A stretch of DNA of 64,000 nt from the IMG/VR virus record IMGVR_UViG_3300036466_000273, positions 1 through 64,000 of that record; one strand, 5' to 3'. Made by a program: the position numbers and the translations under genes. This document shows, piece by piece, positions 55,480 to 64,000 of this stretch; position 1 is the first letter of the stretch; every line of letters begins with the position of its first letter. The DNA is from a virus. The notes beneath the pieces are model-generated. The model saw only the letters and a list, made by a program, of their open reading frames with translations. It was not told the DNA's origin and ran no database searches.

Positions 55480-57347
55480 TATTCAGGTACCTCCATTATC
55501 TCTATTGAAACTTCCGCTACGTTACTATTCTCATATTTAAATTTTATTTTATCAGAGTTTAACCTTACAAAATCCAATACACAAACCATGTAGATGGTTT
55601 CTGGATTTGTATCTTTAGTTAAAGCAGTCTCTAAGAAAAGCTGTTCCTCAGTTTCTGAATTAATATCTATAGAAGTAACAGTATTAAACTGATAAGACCC
55701 GTCTTTATACCCAATAAGAATATGCGTAAGGCCTCCTTGTAACTTAGATACATCTATTGCTCTTATATTAAGAGAAGTTTCCCCTGAAATGTGATACCCA
55801 GTTACAATAAAATCCTTATTCCAAGTAGGTAAGAAGAAAGGTTTTTGTTTTCCTCTTAAGCTAAATAACCAAGATTTCCAATCCCAAATATCCTTCTTAT
55901 TAGTAAGAAGTTTTTGTAGAACTCTGGTCTTATAAGGGAAATCTTGTGCAGTATCGTAAACAATTCTACCTTGCTCATTATCTACCTTTGTATGGAATAT
56001 TTTTAATTTTTCATTCCAAGAAGAAGTAGTTGCTGTGCTGTCTAATAGGACTTGGTATCCCTTGTATACTGGGAAAGAGATCAGTCTTGGTCTATCATCC
56101 AAGTCTAAGGGAACGAACTCAACCTTAACTTCAGACCAGTCCCGCAAAGTACCACGAGAAGTTTTAATCCCTTCGGGTATATTAGCAGCTCTTACAGGAA
56201 ATAATAAAGCATTACTCCAAGATAGAGCAGTAGCAGGGAATATTGATATAGAAGTAGACGTAACCTCAGTAACTTGGTATGCCACCATCTTAGACTCATT
56301 TTCATATAAAGCTATATTAGAAGATTCTTTTATCCAAGTCCTATCTAAGTCCAGAGATACATTAATCGTCATATCTCCAGAACCAACATTTACAGTATGA
56401 AATTCGTTCCATACCGGGAAAGACCAAGTATTTATGCCCCAATTACGAATTTTATTACTAATATTCATTAATTGGTCTGCATGAACAGTGTGAGTAAACT
56501 CGATTATCTCCCTAGGCTTATCTCGCAGGGCAACCCGCTGCTCTCCTTTTCGAGTTTTCATTACATCTGTTTTCCACTCAAATTGTTCTGAAAATTTTCT
56601 ATTAGGTTGAAATTTCCATAATACTGAGCGACTACCAGAAAACCCTAATATAGAACTGGTGTCGTTATCATATACTAAAGTATATGATCCATTAATAGTA
56701 CTAGGGCCATCACTTGTTGCTACAAAAACAGGATTAATTGAGCGTAAGAATGGCAATACTTGAGGTATATTTACCCCATAGAACTGTGTACCTTCAGCTC
56801 CGTCAGCCTGAATCTCAACTACTGATACATCCTCAAAATAGGCGTTCCAAAGCTCTAAATCATAGGTAGCATCATTAATGATAGTGCCAAGAGAGATATT
56901 GGAAGGAATTAGATGAACTCTATAATAGAAATCATCCATAAAAGAAATAGCTTTTTCAGCATTGACCGTAGGATGGGCATACCCCCTATCCCACAGCTCA
57001 TCTTTTGAATAGGTTCCAGTGAGTACTTCCATACTAGGAACATAAATATCTGAGTAGTTATATTCCTTAGTTAGAGGTAAAAGATCACTATTTGAAAAAG
57101 TTTCAGGCGGTTGAACTGGGGAAATAGCTATATAGGCTATCCCATTATTATACCTAGTGTTTACTACAGCGGTAGCAGAACCGTAAGTAATTACCGTTTC
57201 TGATGATAGCTCTGTCTTATCAATGGTAGGGGTAGGGCTCCCTGAATTGAAGGCAAGTACTGTTTCTGTGGGTTCTTGTGTTATAGGGGTACGCAATACA
57301 GAGCCAAAACTTACCACAACAGGTCTAGCGGTTAAGGCGTCAGCCAT
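55479..57347 (-). CDS. Virion structural / distal tail-like protein
   Basis: DDFYYRVH, LWNAY, EWKTDV..EQRxALR..PR, LRGKQxxF.LPTW, RLNSD. Confidence 0.75.
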   Translation of the reverse strand: MADALTARPVVVSFGSVLRTPITQEPTETVLAFNSGSPTPTIDKTELSSETVITYGSATAVVNTRYNNGIAYIAISPVQPPETFSNSDLLPLTKEYNYSDIYVPSMEVLTGTYSKDELWDRGYAHPTVNAEKAISFMDDFYYRVHLIPSNISLGTIINDATYDLELWNAYFEDVSVVEIQADGAEGTQFYGVNIPQVLPFLRSINPVFVATSDGPSTINGSYTLVYDNDTSSILGFSGSRSVLWKFQPNRKFSEQFEWKTDVMKTRKGEQRVALRDKPREIIEFTHTVHADQLMNISNKIRNWGINTWSFPVWNEFHTVNVGSGDMTINVSLDLDRTWIKESSNIALYENESKMVAYQVTEVTSTSISIFPATALSWSNALLFPVRAANIPEGIKTSRGTLRDWSEVKVEFVPLDLDDRPRLISFPVYKGYQVLLDSTATTSSWNEKLKIFHTKVDNEQGRIVYDTAQDFPYKTRVLQKLLTNKKDIWDWKSWLFSLRGKQKPFFLPTWNKDFIVTGYHISGETSLNIRAIDVSKLQGGLTHILIGYKDGSYQFNTVTSIDINSETEEQLFLETALTKDTNPETIYMVCVLDFVRLNSDKIKFKYENSNVAEVSIEIMEVPE

Positions 57348-57356
57348 GTTGCCTCC

Positions 57357-57761
57357 TTACGTAACAATTATCGATAAGGCGCCTGGGCTAAAGATAGGAG
57401 CCGGGTCACCTGCCAATATCTCCTTAGAAACCGCCAGTGTGTCTAATATGAGTAGGTTTCCTAGATCATCATAGATGCCGTATCCTAGTACCGTGCCCCA
57501 ATCTTCCACAGGAGTGGGGAATATAATAGCAATATCATTAGTAGTGGTTCCGTCCCCACTGACAGGGGCACTCCAATAAGTAGCCCCAGGTCCTGCATCT
57601 GCTCTAGCGTAGCTAGGGGCGGAAGGCTCCGCACCCCCTACTCCGTCCTCGCCTGGCATGGTCAAAAATAACGCAACCTTTAAGGCTGTAGGTTGATGAA
57701 TAGTACCAGACCTAAATAAAAGTTCTATACATAAATTCTCTAAATAATTTGATGCACTCAT
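57357..57761 (-). CDS. Minor tail protein
   Basis: SNYLEN, VALF..P, YAR, FP....WGTV..GIYD. Confidence 0.75.
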   Translation of the reverse strand: MSASNYLENLCIELLFRSGTIHQPTALKVALFLTMPGEDGVGGAEPSAPSYARADAGPGATYWSAPVSGDGTTTNDIAIIFPTPVEDWGTVLGYGIYDDLGNLLILDTLAVSKEILAGDPAPIFSPGALSIIVT

Positions 57762-58699
57762 TAGTCCTCCTTAAGGATTGCAACTCCATACGCTCTACTA
57801 TTATAAATTGGAATCATCATCCAATTATCAGAACCGTACGTAACTATATCTCTAGGACTTAGATTATCTATTCTAACTGCCCGTAAATTTGGAACATGAC
57901 CCCCATACTTCCAAGTACCCTCACTAGTCCTGAAGAATATATAGTATGGGAATAACATAGTAGTGCCGTTGAACCTGTTGGGGGTATTACTCAATAATTG
58001 ATGCATGATTGAGTAGCACCGAGTATAGTAGGAACTAGTATCAACGCGCTCCCAACATACCGAACTGGTTGCTGTTCCGCCCCAAGTATTATGTGGATAA
58101 GATCTAGATACTAGAGACCATCCTTCTGCGTTTGGGGTCTTCATATTCGACTCAAGCATCCGTACCCAGGCCCCATAAAAACCATTAGAGGAAGCGTATA
58201 GATTCGCATCAAATAAGGCTGAGTTATTATACCGATCTTGGGTATCGTATCTATCACTATCATAATAATCTGTGCAATGCCCAAAAGTAAACTCCCCGCC
58301 TATATAGTTAGCAGGCTTATAAAGTTTACCAAACCCCATAGTAACAAAATCAGTTTCAGTACGCTCCACTACTATATAAATATTATCATTGGTAGAATAG
58401 GAGAAGAAATGGTACCTATTTAAATTTTGATAATGGTGTGTTCTAGAACCGTATGGGCTAGTAGTAGAAAAATCTGAAGATAAAGATCCTATAATACGAA
58501 ATGCAAATGCGTTAGTGTAAGACGTAGTATTACTGGTGTAAGTATCTTCATTGTACATACGTACATAATACCCGTTCTTACCAATACGAAGCTCTTCCGA
58601 TTCATGGAGCAAAACAGTCCACCCATTTGCTTCAACAAAGGCTCTTAAACTATTAAAAAACCCGGGAATATCGCTTATATTATCTGTTTGGTATGCCAT
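57761..58699 (-). CDS. Virion structural protein
   Basis: MAYQT..L..F...NGWT; position in tail operon. Confidence 0.7.
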   Translation of the reverse strand: MAYQTDNISDIPGFFNSLRAFVEANGWTVLLHESEELRIGKNGYYVRMYNEDTYTSNTTSYTNAFAFRIIGSLSSDFSTTSPYGSRTHHYQNLNRYHFFSYSTNDNIYIVVERTETDFVTMGFGKLYKPANYIGGEFTFGHCTDYYDSDRYDTQDRYNNSALFDANLYASSNGFYGAWVRMLESNMKTPNAEGWSLVSRSYPHNTWGGTATSSVCWERVDTSSYYTRCYSIMHQLLSNTPNRFNGTTMLFPYYIFFRTSEGTWKYGGHVPNLRAVRIDNLSPRDIVTYGSDNWMMIPIYNSRAYGVAILKED

Positions 58700-59616
58700 T
58701 ATTGTAACCTCACTGCCATAAAACTTCTTCCACCAGTATTTAAACCCTCTTGAGCTATTAAGTAATTTACTCCGTCAATCATAATAATTGACTCTGATAC
58801 TTGATTAAGCCCTGGGGGATAAAATACTCCATCTAATTCCCCAAATACTGCATTTTTATAGTAATCCCTACCAGATGAATCCCCATAGTCCCTAGAACAA
58901 AGCACATAAGGAAAAACATAAGATTCACCACTATCATAAGGCACAAGAAGTCCTAAAAATTCTTCACAAGAACTATCATACAAGGAGGCTTCTCTAGGGA
59001 AGCAGAAAAAATCGAAGTTAGAAGTATCTTCATTATCATACCCTAGCCAACTATTATCGGGGGTATACAACCAAGCATTATTTTCGGAAGTATTTCGATA
59101 AGTAAAACAGGTACCGGCAGTACTTGTATAAGATAATGGTGCATCATATTCTGCCCCTATAAGTAAAGGGAGAGGATACTGCGAAGGGGTGGCATATGGA
59201 TGAAATTTTCCTAAATAACACGAGCGCATCCCTGTGTTTACTTTTGCGAATACCATCACTCTTTGACCGTTAGCTACGAACCAATAAGGGGTATCATTAT
59301 TCCAGAAAGCAGTATATACATCATAGGGGGTGGTGCCAGGTGACTGGCCCCACCCATCAGTATCTCTCCAACCGGCAGAACCTCTAAATGCCCAACAGTA
59401 ATAATTACTAGATATATTTTGCAGAGTTCTAATCTGAATATAGATATTCTCAGTTCCTGTTAATCCAGGAGCTCTAAAATACCTAGTAGTCCCATCTTTC
59501 TTTAAAAGTTGCCATTGCTCCCCCGTACTTACTAGATCAACATTAGTGGTTAAAAATACCTCTAATCTATCCAACAAGTCTAGGTAGTCAGTGGCTATAC
59601 CGATTTCTACAGCCAT
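58699..59616 (-). CDS. Virion structural protein
   Basis: GxATDYLDLL, YWFVANGxR, PYATPSQYPxPL, GELDG. Confidence 0.75.
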   Translation of the reverse strand: MAVEIGIATDYLDLLDRLEVFLTTNVDLVSTGEQWQLLKKDGTTRYFRAPGLTGTENIYIQIRTLQNISSNYYCWAFRGSAGWRDTDGWGQSPGTTPYDVYTAFWNNDTPYWFVANGQRVMVFAKVNTGMRSCYLGKFHPYATPSQYPLPLLIGAEYDAPLSYTSTAGTCFTYRNTSENNAWLYTPDNSWLGYDNEDTSNFDFFCFPREASLYDSSCEEFLGLLVPYDSGESYVFPYVLCSRDYGDSSGRDYYKNAVFGELDGVFYPPGLNQVSESIIMIDGVNYLIAQEGLNTGGRSFMAVRLQ

Positions 59617-62600
59617 TAAATTGCTCCTTTGTTTCTGCGAACTATGTTAACAATAGCATTTTCACCATCCGCAGTAGAAATATAATCAGATACGATGCTA
59701 GGGTCTAAAACATTAATAATATTAGGTGAGCCACTGGTAGGTTCTTTTTTAGTACTTTCCTTATTCTCAGGGTACTCACTAATATTTTTAATATTAGTAT
59801 TAGTTACATTTTGAGTAGTTGAGCTACCCCTTATTAGTCCCCCAACGGCGTATTTTTGTTCTGATACCGATAACTGACGATTATTTAATTTATTCATAAA
59901 GTCACTGCCATAATAATCTACAGTGTCTCGACTCATCATGTACTCCCCAGGGGTAGCTGCAATCGTGACATTGTCAGCTTTGCGACCTCTTTTCAAGCCT
60001 TGAATCTCACCACCCTCAGCGTATGCAGGTTGCTGTTGTTTGATAGCTGCTACTTGAGCCATACCTGAAGCAATAGCCGCTGCTGCAGCTGCAGCACCCA
60101 ACGCAGGCCCAACATAAGGAATACTAGCCATAGATGAGAAAGCTTTGGTTGCACTGTTATATGTACTAACAGTCGCTTCTACAATAGCAAAGGCTTTATA
60201 AGCTTCCCAAGCCTTTCGGTTTTCAATTAATCCGGCATCCATTATACTTTTAATTGAAGCTGCCATACTACCAGCGAAGGAACCAACAGCTGAAGTTCTA
60301 GCGTTAAATAAGGCTTCAGATTGTTCCGCATAAAGCCTTTCACGCTCTAGAGCTTGTTCCTGTTGAACCATTTCCATTTCAGCCCTAGATGCCCCATACT
60401 CTTCTAGTAGTTGGAGTTGTCTAGCATGTTGTTCTTTCATTGCGATAATCTGAGGCTGCTCATCAACAGATTTAAATAGTGCTTGTCCCTGGAATAAGGT
60501 ATCCTCATCAGGAGCTGACCCTTTAATAGTTGCTCTCATTTCTTCAGGGTCTCTAATACCTTGGCGAGTAGTCTCTATTTTAGACATAGCAGATTCATAC
60601 TCTGGGGTACCAGGTTTTAAGTTTTCTTTCACTTTCTTTGCAATACTATCAAGTTCCTTAGTTTTCTTAATAGAATCAACAATAGCTGAAGTGAGGTCAT
60701 TAGAAGCCCCAATACTATCAAGCGAAGAGGAAAGAGCAGTAGATATTGACGAATCAAGGCCATCTAAACTATCTGTAATCTTAGTTACAGTATCCTCATA
60801 CTCGCCAACTAGTTTTCTTTCTTCTATTTCTAAGTTATTAATAGCAGTTTTAGTTTGTAAATCAAGCGCCCTAGTTTGGGCTTCTCTAGCACTCTCTAAA
60901 GTATCTAAATATGAGGTATCTAAGGTGCCGTTAGCTTCAATATTTAATAACTTAAATTTATGAGCGAGTAAGTCATACTCTGCATCAATCATACCCTTTT
61001 TAATCTTAGCTTCTTGGGTAATTGTAGCAATACGCTCTTCTTTTATCTCCCTAAAAACATCTAACTCTTGATAAACAGCCAGTCCTGTACCGCCTGCATC
61101 AATAGTAGCTGCACTTAATCGATACTCTAGTAGTGCATTTAGGCGTTCTCTCGTTGCAGAAGCTAATTTGTCTTCTGCCCCTAATTGAAGCTGTCTAATA
61201 TTTAATAAAGCTTTTTCTTTTGCAAGAAGTTTATCACTATTATCACTTAGTTTTCTACTTATTTCGCTTCTTTCAGCTACAAGCTCTTTTATTTTTCTTG
61301 CAGTATCTTCCGAAGCTTCCTCTAGTCTCAAAATCTTTAATTTACTGTCAACCAGAGAACGTTGTTCTAAGAGCATTTTATCCTGTATTGAAAAATATTC
61401 CCCAATACTTGAAACATCATACTCCATAGACTTTTTTAAATCTTTTAACTGGTTTTTATAAATCTTTACTTGATAGCCAGATTCTGCAGTTGCTTCTGAA
61501 GTACTTTTCCATAATGCTAATAAAGCGGAAAGCCCTTCATACATATCGCCATTCTCAGATAGCTCTTTTGCAGCAGATTTTAAATTATCACTAAGTTTAG
61601 AAACTAGAGCTCTTTCATGCTCTTCACTAACGTCTTTAAAGCTATTTACGATTGACTCTAAGTTTGAAATAGTTTCTTGGAAAGGGGCTTTATCAATGTC
61701 TAATGCAGATTCTATAGAATACCCATAGTTCTCTGCAGACTCAGCTAAACTATCAAGGTTACCTTTAGCTGCTACTAAATCTCTGTTTAAAGCGAGTGCA
61801 TACTCTACTAATAATTTTTTATTTTCATCTGAAATTAGTGGGTCTTCTAGGGCTTCAGAAATACTGCGTAAAGCTGTAATATCACCTTTTAAAGCCGTAG
61901 CTAAAGCACTACTAGAAGATTCCACGCTAATGATTGCGGAATCTATAACTTTCCTGATAGCAGTAATAGCAGAAGTACTATACGCTTCTAAATTTTTTGT
62001 CTCTTTACGAATTTCTGCCAGTTGTTGCGCGTATAGAAAAGCCCAGTTAGACCCAAATAGTTTAGTATGTTTATTAATTATATCTTGTGCATCATCTCCA
62101 CCCTTTTTCAAGATTTCAATTTCCTGGGTAGTTAAATGTTCTGCATATTTAAGTAACTTCTCTCTCTGCTCTACTGTAGCTTCTAAGTCTTGTTCCCGTT
62201 CGGCTTCTACTATTTTAGAGATTCCAGAAGTAATTTGATTTAAAATACCCACCTGAGTATTTAAGGTAGCAATATATCTATCTACAGAACCTTCGGCTAA
62301 GGTGTTAAGCTTGTCCTGAAGTTGGCTTGCTGCCTCATCGATATCTTTAAAGCTATCGACTATTTCTGAGGCGGTTTTAGTTAGTTTATCTGGTTTTGTT
62401 AACCACTTAAAAGCACTATAAAGAGCAGAACCTGCTGAAATTGCCAAACCAATGAGAGGCATCGCAGACAGCAAGGCGGTGCCAAAAGCTTTCACGCTTA
62501 CAGTCGCGGCGTACCACACAATTTTTACTCTACCCATAATTCCAATTGAAAGATTTTGTGCTGCAGCATTCGCATATATTCTTGCAGTATTAGCATCTAT

Positions 62601-63953
62601 AGCTGCTGATACACTTCTTATAGTACCACGCAAAGATAAACGTTGTGCATTTTCTAGTGCAGCTATTTCAATACCCTTAATCTGGGCTTTTTGGGAGTGA
62701 GTATAGGATTGTACATATACCGTACGCGCTCGTTCTACTTCTCTTAGATTTTCCTTAGATTTAGCAATAGACTCATTAGATCTAGTTTGTACTTTCTCTT
62801 GTTCAGCTAAAGTTCTAGTGTAGGTAGCAATTGATTTATCTAAGGATCTTAATCCTTTTACATACTGCTCCTCTGAAATTACCCCATCTTTGAATTCATC
62901 ACTAAGTCGCCTAAACCCTTCTGGTAATACTTTAGTAATTTCTAAGGCTTTAAGGCTTTCCTGTGAAGTTTTTGATAGCGCAGCGGCTGCCTCCTCAGAA
63001 GCTTCAGCCGCTTTATACAGCCCAGGTACCATTTGTCTAGTAACCGAAGCACCAAGTACCGTAATAGCTCCAATCAAAGCACCTTGGTTTCCTGAAAGTA
63101 AGGATATTAAAGGAGAAAGACCTCTATTAATTAATTCTAAAAAAGACTTGGTAAGGTCATCAAAAGATGCTGCTAATTTAGCGAAAGGACTAATCTCTAT
63201 CTCTTTAGAGATAGATGAGAATTTATCCGTCCCTTGTTCTATAATGGCATTAGTGAAAGCCATTCTACGCTCAAACTGACTTAAATCCCCTGCAGTTTTC
63301 CCTAAAGTTTGGGCATAACTTTCAGTGGCGTCATCAAGCCTTACCATAATTCCTAATTCATCGAGAATTTCAGGCTCTAACTTGGTGGCACCACGTACTA
63401 GACGATCCATTGCATCGCCCATATCTCTACCAAGTGCTACGGAGGCTCCTTTTGCTACCTTAGTTAAGTCTTCTAACTGACCTGTGGAAAAGCCAGAACT
63501 AATACCTAAAGCCACGCTCTCCATAGCTTGGGCAGTAGATATACCGTACCCGGAGATTTCCTTAAGCTGCTCCGCAACGTAAGGTAGGTTAGCCCCAGCT
63601 GCTCTTCCTACATAACTCAACCCTTCGGCAAGTTGTGTAACTTCAGCTGCCCTACTTAATGCATGAAAGCCAGCGGATAGAGCGAAGATATTTGCAGCTA
63701 AACTAGCGTAAGCAGGAACGAGAGTGCCCCCTAAAGTTTGAGCCTGCTTGGCAAAAGCTTTAGTACTGTTAGATGTTAGTCCCGCAACACCCTTTTCCTG
63801 CTTACTGTAATTATTTTTGGTCTTATTATGGGAATTTTGGGCATTAGAGGCTTTTTCTATAGCTGAGGTATATACTTTTACCCCTGAAGTGGCTTGCTTA
63901 AGAGAGCCCTTATCATCAATTATAAGTTGTATATTAATAGCATTATCTGCCAT
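59616..63953 (-). CDS. Tail tape measure protein
   Basis: 1445 aa helical; T5 pb2-like N-terminus (AYASLAANIFAL, ALGRDM, KLEPEILDELGI). Confidence 0.92.
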   Translation of the reverse strand: MADNAINIQLIIDDKGSLKQATSGVKVYTSAIEKASNAQNSHNKTKNNYSKQEKGVAGLTSNSTKAFAKQAQTLGGTLVPAYASLAANIFALSAGFHALSRAAEVTQLAEGLSYVGRAAGANLPYVAEQLKEISGYGISTAQAMESVALGISSGFSTGQLEDLTKVAKGASVALGRDMGDAMDRLVRGATKLEPEILDELGIMVRLDDATESYAQTLGKTAGDLSQFERRMAFTNAIIEQGTDKFSSISKEIEISPFAKLAASFDDLTKSFLELINRGLSPLISLLSGNQGALIGAITVLGASVTRQMVPGLYKAAEASEEAAAALSKTSQESLKALEITKVLPEGFRRLSDEFKDGVISEEQYVKGLRSLDKSIATYTRTLAEQEKVQTRSNESIAKSKENLREVERARTVYVQSYTHSQKAQIKGIEIAALENAQRLSLRGTIRSVSAAIDANTARIYANAAAQNLSIGIMGRVKIVWYAATVSVKAFGTALLSAMPLIGLAISAGSALYSAFKWLTKPDKLTKTASEIVDSFKDIDEAASQLQDKLNTLAEGSVDRYIATLNTQVGILNQITSGISKIVEAEREQDLEATVEQREKLLKYAEHLTTQEIEILKKGGDDAQDIINKHTKLFGSNWAFLYAQQLAEIRKETKNLEAYSTSAITAIRKVIDSAIISVESSSSALATALKGDITALRSISEALEDPLISDENKKLLVEYALALNRDLVAAKGNLDSLAESAENYGYSIESALDIDKAPFQETISNLESIVNSFKDVSEEHERALVSKLSDNLKSAAKELSENGDMYEGLSALLALWKSTSEATAESGYQVKIYKNQLKDLKKSMEYDVSSIGEYFSIQDKMLLEQRSLVDSKLKILRLEEASEDTARKIKELVAERSEISRKLSDNSDKLLAKEKALLNIRQLQLGAEDKLASATRERLNALLEYRLSAATIDAGGTGLAVYQELDVFREIKEERIATITQEAKIKKGMIDAEYDLLAHKFKLLNIEANGTLDTSYLDTLESAREAQTRALDLQTKTAINNLEIEERKLVGEYEDTVTKITDSLDGLDSSISTALSSSLDSIGASNDLTSAIVDSIKKTKELDSIAKKVKENLKPGTPEYESAMSKIETTRQGIRDPEEMRATIKGSAPDEDTLFQGQALFKSVDEQPQIIAMKEQHARQLQLLEEYGASRAEMEMVQQEQALERERLYAEQSEALFNARTSAVGSFAGSMAASIKSIMDAGLIENRKAWEAYKAFAIVEATVSTYNSATKAFSSMASIPYVGPALGAAAAAAAIASGMAQVAAIKQQQPAYAEGGEIQGLKRGRKADNVTIAATPGEYMMSRDTVDYYGSDFMNKLNNRQLSVSEQKYAVGGLIRGSSTTQNVTNTNIKNISEYPENKESTKKEPTSGSPNIINVLDPSIVSDYISTADGENAIVNIVRRNKGAI

Positions 63954-64000
63954 ACTTACCTCTTGCCTTCTTTAACTCCTTCTCCATATCATCTGAAGAT

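Noticed and set aside
32077-63279. Numerous antisense ORFs of 60-195 aa over core and tail genes
   Set aside because: Shadow frames of well-supported genes, with no SDs or recognisable motifs

Overview
AT-rich segment of a lytic T5-like (Demerecviridae-type) siphophage genome. Left to right: an A2-like pre-early gene and an ~800 bp non-coding block rich in hairpins and repeats, with a leftward promoter into a structured RNA (1-1270); ~25 kb of rightward small accessory ORFs driven by repeated sigma70 promoter/stem-loop cassettes (RtcB, phosphoesterases, CX5R phosphatase, SprT, SLT and GH108 muralytic enzymes, DenV-like, ThyX, sHSP); a tRNA array (12 canonical tRNAs, one pseudo-tRNA and one candidate ncRNA, plus a separate tRNA-Leu); the syntenic T5 replication core (D2, D3, split NAD ligase, D5, D6, primase, PolA, D10-D15, dUTPase) with PIN-PhoH and a class II RNR; and, after a bidirectional terminator, leftward late genes (lipoprotein, truncated holin, LamG fibre, non-T5 tail-tip module, tape measure). 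Two small genes resemble Geobacter/Desulfuromonas proteins, hinting at an anaerobic Desulfuromonadales-type host. All family assignments come from motif recognition by eye; no database searches were run.
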